DNA from: Chrysomallon squamiferum
Lineage: Eukaryota > Animalia > Mollusca
Assembly: GCA_012295275.1 (NCBI GenBank)
Contig: CM022665.1
Span: 29,574,001 to 29,638,000, forward strand
Length of the DNA: 64,000 nt
Direction of reading: 5' to 3'
The position numbers and the translations under genes were made by a program. The notes under the pieces are model-generated. The model searched no databases, was not told where the DNA came from, and saw nothing but the letters and a program-made list of their open reading frames with translations. How positions within the stretch are numbered: position 1 is the first letter of the stretch; the number at the start of each line of letters is the position of its first letter. This document shows, piece by piece, positions 12,893-23,494 of the stretch.

Positions 12893-13110
12893 AATAAATA
12901 ACGATTATTTGCAAACGAAAAGAGAGATACGTATTCATACAGAAAATCCTTGACAACCGGTAAGTGCACGATTCACGCATGCACACCCCGAACATTACTA
13001 ATTATAAAGGAACAATGACATCTTTGACCTGCGTTTTTAGATCCTTGGGGCTGAGGGAGGCGGACGGTGTAGTTGTCTTTTTATTTACTTTCTTTTATTA
13101 AATTTTTAAA

Positions 13111-13164
<54 letters not shown>

Positions 13165-13776
13165 TAATTAATTTATTTATTTATTATGTTTCTGTAATAA
13201 GAAAATGCAGATAACAGAAAAATACTGAATTATCTATGATCTAACTTTAATTTATGCCTGTCGTAACATTTCTTAAGAAACTGCTGCTTCCACTCACAGC
13301 TTGTCATATTTTTTAACACACTATCAGTTAAATTATTATGCCAGCATTTGCAGAAATTAATCATGAATAAAAAATAATTGTATGATGAGTAAGATTGGAT
13401 GGTATTACTAGAGAATAGCAAACGTAATGAGCATATTGACAGTTTTGACTTTGTATAGTCTGGTTTGAAGGATGAAAGGATTCCATTGGCATATTAACAA
13501 TTTCGATGGTCACGAATTTTATACCAGTCCATTTAAAATGGGGCAGCCTGGGACTGCTCGAGCAGGAACGTGACCCGAGACACCGAGAACCAATAAACCT
13601 AGATATTCTGTTGTCAACACAAACATCGTAAATTCGACCTCGGTATTTAAAAAAAAATAAAAAAAAAAATAAAAAAATAACCGGTGAAATGAAATTTAAA
13701 ATAAATAATAATAATAATAAACAATAGCAATAATAATTACAGCGAGTGATTAATAAATTTTATTTCTAAATTTAAG

Positions 13777-13812
<36 letters not shown>

Positions 13813-14831
13813 CAACCATTAAACATAAAAAATAATAAATATAATAATATTACGAATTTAAAAAAATCATAATAAAAAGATGGGTATCAGTTTGATATTT
13901 TATTAAGTAAATGTAACAACGACATGCTCACTGTCACAGAAAAATAGACACAACATTACAGTAAGGTATTAACTTAGTTACATATTGATGTTTGTTTTAA
14001 CATTGTGAGATAATATCACCACTAAAAGTTAAACAAGGTATCCTTAGACTGTCGTTAACATTCCAGTTTTAAAAATTAATACAAAACATTTAAAAACAGT
14101 ACCTGAAGTTTGATGTACAAAGTTAATTCATTTGTATGCAGGTGAGAAAAAAATAATCGAAGAGTCTAAAGTGTAGGTAACGTAGGTCTCTTAAAACTAT
14201 GTCACATGTTTGCAAACGTGGAAGGAATGTATCGAAGGTTAATTATCACGCGTTTATCACGTGGTGAGATAACCCGGTAACGCTAAACACCGTCATCAAC
14301 CGCCAGGAAGCCCATAAGCACAGCCTATTTAAAATTAACGATATAAAAACAATATTTATTGTAGTACGATTGCTTTCTGGACATTATTTTTTATATCTGC
14401 AGGTGAAACAAATTCGTTATACATGTGAATAGAATATTCTCGAAACACCGTCAACAAAAACCTGCTGACGGTCAGTGGTAAAAGGTGAACTGCTGAGACC
14501 AGGCATTGCAACTGGCATTTCGACTGGATCGATCAAGTTCAGGGACCTGTTTTCTACTTTCTTCTGTTTTTTATTTTTATTTTATTTTCCGTTTTGAAGT
14601 CATCATAAACTAAAAAAAAAAGAAAATTTAATTAAACCCATCTCATAAATTAAATATAAAACTGACACAATCATCATTTTCAGCACAGAGGCTTTCTCTA
14701 TCTTGCTTTTAGCGGTGATTTGCACTAAAAGTTGATAAGTGAAATTGGGATTAGATTCAATGATTCCAATAAGTATGAAATTAGTAGTTATGATTAAACC
14801 GGTATTAGAAAGGTCACACACAGTCAATATT

Positions 14832-15420
14832 TCATCTGGCTCGTTCACTCCTGCACCGTTTGCGTTGGCCGGGTTTCTTCGCTGTTGTCGGTGTTTTCGG
14901 TACAGCAATTGGCCATCAGTCTATACCGTTACGGTTGTCTTCTTTTCTTTAAAGTCCACGAATTTTCTATATATCTCGTCTTTCTCTTCTTTTGTCTTTG
15001 AAGTCCACACGCCATTATTTGTCCGAAATTTCGAGAGTGTCAGCTCATAATTCTCAAATCCGTGTATTGCCTACCTCGTGTCGAGTTGCTGTAACTTCAC
15101 AATATCATATAGTTTATCGACATTTTATGTGGTTTCCAGTTTATAGCGATTTTGAGTACATTGTTCACTGATTCGCTGTTGTCACAGGTCCAGCTGAAGG
15201 GAATGAAATTGTTTTGTAGCTGAGAACGGTGAACGTTTTCTCTGATCTTCGCAACTAATTGCCGAAATACGGGATTTATGAAGGGGAAAGATTTTCGGTT
15301 TTCGATATTCGATTTTCTGCTTTATTTCAATTTTACGTTCCTCAAATTCAAATTCATCCTTCGATTTCCTGTCCACATATTGCGATCTGACCCATCTCTT
15401 CCGTATAGAAACCACATCAC
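14832..15420 (-). pseudogene. MULE-type transposase C-terminal remnant with stops and frameshifts
   Basis: Stitched translation: LYGRDG..SKDEFEFEERK..PYFGN..IRENVH..FSWTCDNSESVNNVLKIAINWKPHK..VDKLYDIVKLQQLDTR*AIHGFENYEL..VWTSKTKEEKDEIYRKF..TV*TDGQL..VPKTPTTAKKPGQRKRCRSERAR*. WTxxNSESxNxxLK (15151-15192) fits the Mutator TNNxxESxNxxLK catalytic-E motif. Confidence 0.72.
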
Positions 15421-15459
15421 GTAGTTATTTCGTCCTCTTTGTTGCACGGCACCACATGG

Positions 15460-16180
15460 CAGGAATGTATTGCCCAGGCAATTTATAGCTGGATCTTGAA
15501 GGCCATTGACATTCGGATATATTGAAATGAAGGGAGCACCAGTCACGCAACACTCTGGAATGTCCATGTCGATGACTATGGCGCAGTCGTGTAGTGCCTC
15601 GTGATTATCTGTACCAAGCATCACCAACACGGTAACTGCAGGCACCAGGTCGCCCCCAAGAACCAAATAAATCGCCCGCAGGCCTGTTCCGAAAATATTT
15701 AAACAATTACTGAGATCAATAGAATTAAAGGTTGAATATTGATATTATCTGTATTCAACCTTGTTAAGTCACTGCTGATAGTTATTGTGAGAAATCATTA
15801 ACGTGATCAGTGTCTTCACATAGATCGGTATCATTAATAATAATATATAACTAAAGATAAACTGAACAAATTTGTTATTTCAGAAGAGTGTAATAAACTG
15901 ATAGCCCTTCGTATGACTCAGTAACTATAAAGTAGCTCTCATGTTCAAAATGGTTGGTGACCCCTGATCTAGACTGAAAGCTTCCCAGACTGGTTCGTTG
16001 CTCCAGTGACGTTTGTAGAAAGCATCGTTGAATGTCGCCGTTCGAGTTCGCAAATTCTCAATCACAGAGCTCTTCGGACACCAAATGGAACAGGCAGCTT
16101 CCATAACCATGGACTGCAACAGGAATTCTGTACCTGATCGCTCCACATTTGGCAAGTACGTCTCTGCATGTCGGTCGTGT
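15460..16180 (-). pseudogene. Vertnin/OTU-like cysteine protease domain remnant, interrupted by a hAT MITE
   Basis: DRHAETYLP..IPVAVHGYGSCLFHLVS (16085-16126; cf. OTU GDGNCLF) ..ENLRTRTA..NDAFY. Removing the MITE plus one TSD restores the frame: FSLD-NHEALHDCA...FISIYPNVNGLQDPAINCLGNTFLP. Confidence 0.7.
15615..15966. mobile_element. hAT (Charlie-type) MITE, 352 bp
   Basis: TIRs caagcatcaccaac / gttggtgacccctg (reverse complement caggggtcaccaac). 8-bp TSD atctgtac / atctagac (6/8), the right copy fitting the NTCTAGAN Charlie target. Excision restores the OTU-like reading frame. Confidence 0.85.
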
Positions 16181-17036
16181 GTGTGTGTGGGTTTGCTGAA
16201 ATCTTTCCGAATTCAGGAGGGGGCGATATCAGAGCGGTTTTCCGTAAAAATATTTCCTGTCTGAGCGGAGCTGTCTTTCATGTTTTAACAGATTTCGTAG
16301 TATCTTTCAGCCTCTGATGAGGCAACTTGTAGTCGAACTGTCTATGGTCAAGCCTCTCGTGAAAGCAGACCTTGCATCAATAACCGAGGGACATCTTTTC
16401 TATCTGTCTCAACAATGTTCGAGACAGATTTTCACACCTGACATAGAACCAAGTGCTGCATCCTTCACAGTCAATGACGTTGATACGGCATTCTTGGTGG
16501 CAGTCACCGCATGGATAAATTTTACTTGTGGTCATGGTTCTTGTCATTCTTGATTATAAATACATGTGTATCCCAAAATCATTTATATTAATTAGTGATA
16601 TTCTGGTTCCAATATATGTGAAAAATTCATTCATAAAAGCTAATATATAAGGCTTAAAAAAACCTCTATGATTATGATGATGATGTCAGAGCAGAAACAG
16701 AAAAAAAAAAAAAAAAGAAAAAAAAAAAAAAAGGGGGGGGCCGTGCAAAATTCAAAGTTATATAGGCCATAGATTACAAGATAATCAGCAAAGTCCTCGT
16801 CGAAAAACTAAAACCTGCATTGTATATTAGGATCCCAGATTTTTCCTGCAGATACTTCAAAAAGTCATTCAATCTGGCGGAGTAGAGTGGCACTTCTAAA
16901 TGACGGAGTTGTCAAACCTGAAATGATATATGTAGATCGGACTTATGTACGTTTAAGAACCAACATTTTTGTTTATAAAATATGTTAAATTACAATGGTT
17001 TCATTTTACAGAATGCAAAATGGTTTATAATTATTA

Positions 17037-18823
17037 TATTAAATTAATTAAATTTCGTGCATATTGTTTTAACTGTGTGTTAATGGGGCATTGCCCCTTT
17101 GATGGTAATTGTTAACACTTTTAATTTAGTTCTCGTTGTTTGAAAATATTAGATTTCCCCAGAATGGGGATGTGTTTGTGGGCGCGTCTGTGTATGTATG
17201 GTTAAATTAAACAAAATATACGGGTTTTTTTCAAGGATATTCTATTTACATGTATAACGAAGTTATTTCATCTGCAAATAAAGAAAGAAAAAAAGTAAGA
17301 AACAAAAAAAAAGAAAAGAAAGAAAAAGAAAGTCCAGAAGCAATCCACGTTACGGTCAATATTGTTTTTAAATCGTTAATTTTAAATAGCTTCCTGACGT
17401 TTCTGACGGTTGTTGACGGTGTTTAGTCACTCTGGTTACAATGGATGTAACTTTATTGTCTTTAGCATTTGCTTATTGCAGTTAAATGAAAGCATTGATG
17501 ATTTCTCAACACATTTTTATTAGTGTTATCAGCTGTAATACCCAAGATCTGTGTAAAAATCGTCTCTCGTATCATAAGCTGAAGTTACTTAAACTGTCAG
17601 CAATACCAACAGACGCTAGGGGCACTCAGTATTTTTTTTCTTTTCTTTTCCCCAGAAATGGAGAATTCTCAACTTCAAAATGTTCCGCTAATTTACTATT
17701 TTCTTTAAAGCAGAATGAGACCAAATATGGTTTATCTTGTTAAGGGGATTTCTTTAAAAAGTCGTAGTTGAAAAACCGAAAATAAAGCGAAACAGGGAAG
17801 TACCGTATATACTTGTGTACAAGGCGACCTTATGTATAAGTCGATGTGTATTTTAAGACCATAAATTGCGTCATTTTAGGTATTACTTGTGTATAAGTCG
17901 ACTGTAGATTCCAGGCACCGTCACTTTGTTTTCGATTTGTCGGTAGTGGATATTAATGACGATTGCAATATTATTTCACCAAATTCTTTACAATTACAGA
18001 AGTGAGTTTTGTTTATGAAATTAGGACCGATATTTAGTGCAATTTGGCAGAGAAGTCTGCATTCCTAGATCATTGCAAGACGCCGTAAGGCTGACGGTTT
18101 TTTCGCTTTAAAATGTATTTTTATGTCATTAAACGGAAGAATATCATGTTTTACATTCATATTTGGTTTTGTTATTTAAGTTTTCACATTTTTTTATACG
18201 ATAAAATTATATTTTTGAAAAGCTGAAAGACCGCGATTATTTTAGATGCATCCCGTAGCAAAAAAATAGTCAAAATGGCGACTCTTCAGCAACAGCTACA
18301 AAAGCATTACCTATGTATAAGTCGACCCCCAAAATATTACCTTAATATAGTCTCCCAAAAATTCGACTTATACACAAGTATATACGGTAGGTAAAAATGA
18401 CATCTGAATATTAGAAGAAAAAAATCGTACAAAATGAAAAAAGTCGATTACGCTGAATCCATTATTTAAGTGGAACATTTAAACCTATCTTCTTTCACAT
18501 TCTGCGGTTTGTATTTATTAATTAATAGCCATTTGAAGTAAAGCGGAAGTGCCCGATTTGTGTGAAAAAAAAGAAGAAAAAAATAAAAAGAAAGAAACTA
18601 CTCAGGAACCACAACTCTATATTAGTAGTCGTCTGTAGCGGTAAGCATCGAAATAACAGAGAATTTTGTTTACCTATTCACGAATGATCTCATGTTTATA
18701 TATCAACTGAAAAAGGCCTAAAACGTAATATTAAATTAAAAGTGTTAACAATTACCATCAAAGGGGCAATGCCCCTTTAACACACAGTTAAAACAATATG
18801 CACGAAATTTAATTAATTAAATA
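17037..18823. repeat. Near-perfect ~90 bp inverted repeat pair (17037-17128 and 18732-18823) with an internal palindrome
   Basis: aattaattaaatttcgtgcatattgttttaactgtgtgttaa(t/a)ggggcattgcccctttgatggtaattgttaacacttttaattta occurs on opposite strands with 1-2 mismatches. Confidence 0.92.
17803..18387. mobile_element. Tc1/mariner-superfamily (Tc2/pogo-like) MITE, 585 bp
   Basis: 25-bp TIRs ccgtatatacttgtgta(c/t)aag(g/t)cga, TA target duplication on both sides, internal repeats of tgtataagtcga. Confidence 0.92.
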
Positions 18824-19533
18824 TTTATTTAACTCAGTAAATCTACCTCTATTAAGGTATTCATAAAAAAAAAAACACACTTTGTTGAATAGATAATGTA
18901 AATTTGATAAAGTATCTCTTGAAAAAAGATTCCCCAGAAAACATCAAAATACTGATACACGGAAAGTTGATTTTTGAAAACTCTGAAATGCGATATCTTC
19001 TACACTATTATAAATATTTTGTTTTTACATTTGGGATTGGTTTTCTTTTAATTGGTATATAATATATATAATACATCTTCATTTGACAATTTTAAAAAAT
19101 GCGTTCATCTATATCCATACTCAGTGCATAGTTTTAATGAAGCTATTACAAGATAAACAAATTTGCAAATAAAACAGTAAACATATAAATAATATTTTAT
19201 TTTCACAACTAATGAAAAATAAAAAATAGAATGTACAAAGCTTTTTATGAGAAGACGCCCACCCTATCTGCACTGATTCATCCATCCATTTAAAATATTT
19301 TTAAAATCATTTGTATAATATTCTGAACTATCTTCAGGCACAAACAGACATATTGGCAAATAAAGTATGATTAACTGATGGCTTTGACAGTTTGATTTGT
19401 GTATCATTAAAGATTATGAACATACTTTTGCGTATCAGAAAGAATAATGTATTTCACATATTGTTACTATTTATTTATTTACGTTTAAATTATTATTATT
19501 ATTATTATTTTAAATCATTATTTTTAAATAATT

Positions 19534-22413
19534 TTATTCGTTATTTTTGGAATGCTTTAATTGACACCATCTAGCATGGCCAAAATCCACTGGCTTATTA
19601 TCAAAAACATTTTCAGTAAAATTAATATTGTACACATTTATATTACCCAATGTATTAACCAAATATACCAGTCTTGCTTCAAATGCCAGGTCTACAGGTT
19701 TCAACAAACCATCGGGATTTGTTGCATGATGGGTAATATAGATGCCATTATTGTCAAATACGGATATCGTGGCCCTAAAACTGTCAAGAGCATATATGTA
19801 ACCCTTCTCATCCTCGTGAGCTGCTGTTGGCTTCCACGTTGATGTCACTTGGCAACGTGTCAGTATATTTCCACGAATATCGCGGACACGAACACATCTA
19901 TCTCCCCATTCACACGTAACAAGATGGCCGTTAGAAGAAACACTGAAATATGCAAGTGGATAGTCAAGAGACATCTCAATTTCTTTTCGAAGAGTTCCGT
20001 CTGTTCTGTAAAAACGGAACACACCTTCTGGTAGGTTACCGACAATAAATTCTTCATCCTTATAACTGGTAAGGGTATATGGGAACCGTGATCCAGTAGA
20101 TGGTACGGCAGATACTTGAATTATCTCAGCTGGTTCACCCATTTCATTAAATAGATGTAATTGGTTTTCGTGAATAGCTCCAATCACATTGTTAGAAACC
20201 GCTACAGATGAAGGTGCAAAATGTCCGTGAGATAGTAAACATCGTTTAAAAATCCCAAATGTGGTAAAAATTTTAATTTCCCTATTTGCGCTGTCAGAAA
20301 GAACAATCATATTATTATTCACCGCCATGCTTTTCACAACTGGCTGATGTTTATCTTTTTCGTACTCACATTCAAAGGCACGCAACTTTTGAAATGAAAT
20401 TTTTAATTGTGATTTGATATTTGTGGAACCAGATTCACCTGTCGATACATCCTTTTCGTGAGTGGCATGGAACTCACTACTATGGTAACCTGCTTTTCTA
20501 TCTGTCTTTCTTTGATTTTCGTGAATACAAATGTCGGTTGTACCACTTGTGGGTATAGACTGAATATCACTATCAAATTTGCTTACAATTTCGTCAGTTT
20601 TGTTTGGTGCATAATAAAAATGGACACTAGATTCACCTAGATCTGACTTTTCTGGTATAGCACATTTGTCTATCGCTTTGTCCATTTCATTTAGTGCAGG
20701 CTGAATATCAGGGATTGGTTTAATTACTTCATTGTTCATCTCTTTGGACTTTGACTGAAAACCATCAGCATTTTCTTCACTTATAAATTCATTTTGTATG
20801 GACTGAACGTCGTTACCCCATTTTCTTTCCATTTTGTCAGTCTCTTTTAGTGCGCACCGCAAGTCAAAATTAAGGATATCATCCATCTCTTTTTCTTCTG
20901 GTATAGACACAAAGCTTATTGCAGGCTTTTCTACCACTTCTTCCAACTCTTTTTGCGTGGACTGGTCGCGAGAATTTAATTCTTCTACCATCATGTCGGG
21001 ACATTTTTCTTTAGACCCTACGCTAGTGTTTGGTTCATCTTTCATATTTTGAAGATCTGTTGATACAGAATGTATACCAATATTTGGTTGATCACTCATA
21101 CTGTGAAGATTTTTTTCTGTAGAATGTACGCTAATGTTTGGTTCACCTCTCGTATTCTTAAGATCTTTTTTTGTAGACTGTACGCTTGTCTGCAATTCTT
21201 TTAACACACTGTTTAAATCAGTGTTCGGTTCCTGAACAGTTTTATTGGTTTTACTCTGTATTTTATTAATCTCATTTTGTAACTCTTGAAATCCGATCTG
21301 CAATTCTTCTACCATCTTGCTCACTACCTTTTGAAGTTGTGATTTCAAGATTTGTTCTTCAGAGTTTTTGTCATTAAAATCTGATGAACGTTCATCAAAA
21401 AAGATATCTACATGCGGCATAAATTCAAGTTGCTGGAGTCGGTTTGTTATTATTTCTTCAAGATAAAGAAACTCTTCGTCTTTTCCTTCATTCATTAACC
21501 TGTCACAGAATTCTAAGCAACTTCTTGTGGCAGTTATTTTAAGTTTCGTATTGTCTATATGCTCTTTACATTGACCGAACATTTCAGATGTTTTCTTTTC
21601 TACTATAGTTAACGCTTTTTCTTTGCAGCATTCAATTTTTGAAATAACATTATTTGTTTGTTTTTCTATGTTTGTTATTGCTTGGTATTTAAGTTTGTAC
21701 ACATTTGCTATATTATCGTATCCTCTTTTCTTCTCCATTTTTAACTCCTTCGCTTTTGTCTTCACTTTAACGACATGTTCTGAAAGTCGGTTCTTTTGAA
21801 GACTGACCATATCTATAGCTTTTATGGTTTTGTGAAATGTATGAACATGTATAACACACGGCAAACATATTGGTATTTTACAGTTTATACAGAAGTATTC
21901 TAATACTTTGTCATGATGTTCTGAACACGTTAACTTGCACAGATTCCTCAAATCTTTGTCGTATAATCCTTTTTTGATGTCTTCCAGTGAAGCTTTCTTG
22001 TGTTTCCAGGTGGTGGAGGAAGCATTGTGCGCACGAGAACAATCTGAACACAAATAATCTCCACAGTCTAGACAACGAGTTTCAGCAGGTGTCGCATTTC
22101 CTTTGAGATCACACGCAGTGCATTGCAGCTGGTCGCTTGTTTTTCCTTTGTGGATATCGACGAGGTGTGAGATCAGGACGTTTGTTCTTAGATCAGAGCT
22201 TGAACTCAGACTGAAGTCTGCTCTGCATTCCGGACAGGAAACGGATCTGCTTTTATCGGATGTGTCCAGCAATTTATCTACGCAGTCGGAGCAATAGGTG
22301 TGAACACAAGGAAGGATCTTCGGATTGTCAAAAATATTGGAACAGATTTTACATCTTAGAAAATCTTCACGAATCGTTTTTATAAGAGAATTATCTTCTT
22401 GTAACAAATTCAT
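19534..22413 (-). CDS. TRIM-NHL E3 ligase, copy C, ~959 aa, with a long repetitive linker between coiled coil and NHL
   Basis: Same RING/B1/B2/CC/NHL motifs as copies A and B (EDFLRCKIC, PKILPCVHTYC, RCLDCGDYLC, LVTCEWGD). The real start is likely gccatcATG at 22413, just after the acceptor ctgtag| (exon starts at 22432). A candidate non-coding exon donor lies at 22941. Confidence 0.92.
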   Translation of the reverse strand: MNLLQEDNSLIKTIREDFLRCKICSNIFDNPKILPCVHTYCSDCVDKLLDTSDKSRSVSCPECRADFSLSSSSDLRTNVLISHLVDIHKGKTSDQLQCTACDLKGNATPAETRCLDCGDYLCSDCSRAHNASSTTWKHKKASLEDIKKGLYDKDLRNLCKLTCSEHHDKVLEYFCINCKIPICLPCVIHVHTFHKTIKAIDMVSLQKNRLSEHVVKVKTKAKELKMEKKRGYDNIANVYKLKYQAITNIEKQTNNVISKIECCKEKALTIVEKKTSEMFGQCKEHIDNTKLKITATRSCLEFCDRLMNEGKDEEFLYLEEIITNRLQQLEFMPHVDIFFDERSSDFNDKNSEEQILKSQLQKVVSKMVEELQIGFQELQNEINKIQSKTNKTVQEPNTDLNSVLKELQTSVQSTKKDLKNTRGEPNISVHSTEKNLHSMSDQPNIGIHSVSTDLQNMKDEPNTSVGSKEKCPDMMVEELNSRDQSTQKELEEVVEKPAISFVSIPEEKEMDDILNFDLRCALKETDKMERKWGNDVQSIQNEFISEENADGFQSKSKEMNNEVIKPIPDIQPALNEMDKAIDKCAIPEKSDLGESSVHFYYAPNKTDEIVSKFDSDIQSIPTSGTTDICIHENQRKTDRKAGYHSSEFHATHEKDVSTGESGSTNIKSQLKISFQKLRAFECEYEKDKHQPVVKSMAVNNNMIVLSDSANREIKIFTTFGIFKRCLLSHGHFAPSSVAVSNNVIGAIHENQLHLFNEMGEPAEIIQVSAVPSTGSRFPYTLTSYKDEEFIVGNLPEGVFRFYRTDGTLRKEIEMSLDYPLAYFSVSSNGHLVTCEWGDRCVRVRDIRGNILTRCQVTSTWKPTAAHEDEKGYIYALDSFRATISVFDNNGIYITHHATNPDGLLKPVDLAFEARLVYLVNTLGNINVYNINFTENVFDNKPVDFGHARWCQLKHSKNNE
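20680..21315 (-). repeat. Degenerate coding tandem repeat, ~18 aa (54 bp) period, ~10 units, inside TRIM copy C
   Basis: TRGEPNISVHSTEKNLHS / MSDQPNIGIHSVSTDLQN / MKDEPNTSVGSKEKCPDM / MVEELNSRDQSTQKELEE / MDDILNFDLRCALKETDK and further weaker units. Confidence 0.8.
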
Positions 22414-23441
22414 GATGGCACTTTTGTTTTTCCTACAGTTATAGAAAATGTTTAAATACAATTAGTATTTATATGTTATTTATCGATTTTATTTATCTCA
22501 TGCGTGATCTAATTACTCAGAGGTGTGAATAAAATTTAGTGAGAAAAAATACGGTGGAAAAAAAAGTCCTTAATGTTAAAAGAAATTTCTTACAGGGTCG
22601 ATTAGTAACATATAATTATTGCAAGAAGACATTTAAACTAATATCGTCATCATCAACATCATCATCTTTGTTCATAACAATGCCTTTATTGGTGCGTGTG
22701 TGTGTGTATGTGTGTGTTTAAAAGCTTATTTAATGATATAATACTACTGAACATTTAAAGTATAACGGAGTTACCTTAATATGTATTATAACATTTAATC
22801 GTTGAAAGTTTGTGAGATAAATTATTTTTGACACACACACACACCCACACAGCCTATAATTATTTTCTCTTAACAAAACATGTAATGGCGTCATCAAGAT
22901 TACATCTATGCAATGGATATTTTATAAAACGTTAATTTACCTTTAATGACAATGAATAATTTCTTTTTAAAGAAAGTATTCGTAAATGCTTTGATTTGGA
23001 TGTGCTGCTGATGTCATTTGACTTCAAAAGATACAAATACTAAATTATTATTACTAGTTCACCGATTGTTTATGTTGGCGTAAGTAACGCATGGTTTCCT
23101 AACAATCTATGACGTTGATGATGTTTTATGTGACGTGTATTAATTTCACTGACTATCCGATGATGTGAAAAGGTCATGACACTGGCTGTAGTCCGGATTA
23201 TAAAGATCGTTATTATTATTACTATACATTTATTCATTTATAACTGATATGTTTTAACTTACAGTTTTTTATTATTTTTTATTGTTTAAAGATAACGTAT
23301 GATTCCGCTTATTACCCAATAAAAATTAATGACGTTGGCTATCACTGTCATTCTGTGAATGTAAGAAAGTGTAATTCAGCCAAGCCAAATTTTCAATTTG
23401 TTTCGAATCGTATACAACCAATAGTCTGTCTCTATTGTTAA

Positions 23442-23494
<53 letters not shown>

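Larger units (their letters stand above)
14270..17438 (-). mobile_element. Decayed Mutator-like (MULE) DNA transposon with a vertnin/OTU-like protease domain, bounded by imperfect long inverted repeats
   Basis: 14270-14450 aligns with the reverse complement of 17221-17438 (ctaaacaccgtca..aaccg; ctatttaaaattaacgat.taaaaacaatatt; ttcgttatacatgt.aatagaatat). The interior carries frameshifted OTU-like and transposase-like coding remnants. No TSD found. Confidence 0.65.

Noticed and set aside
15590-15666. VMLGTDNHEAL in ORF 15322..15666 as the MULE second catalytic Asp motif
   Set aside because: The peptide spans the hAT MITE/TSD junction. The left part is MITE sequence and the right part continues the OTU-like domain.
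22414-22461. N-terminal extension MYLNIFYNCRKNKSAI of the 975-aa ORF
   Set aside because: It uses a non-ATG start and runs through a splice acceptor. The paralogs align from the ATG at 22413.
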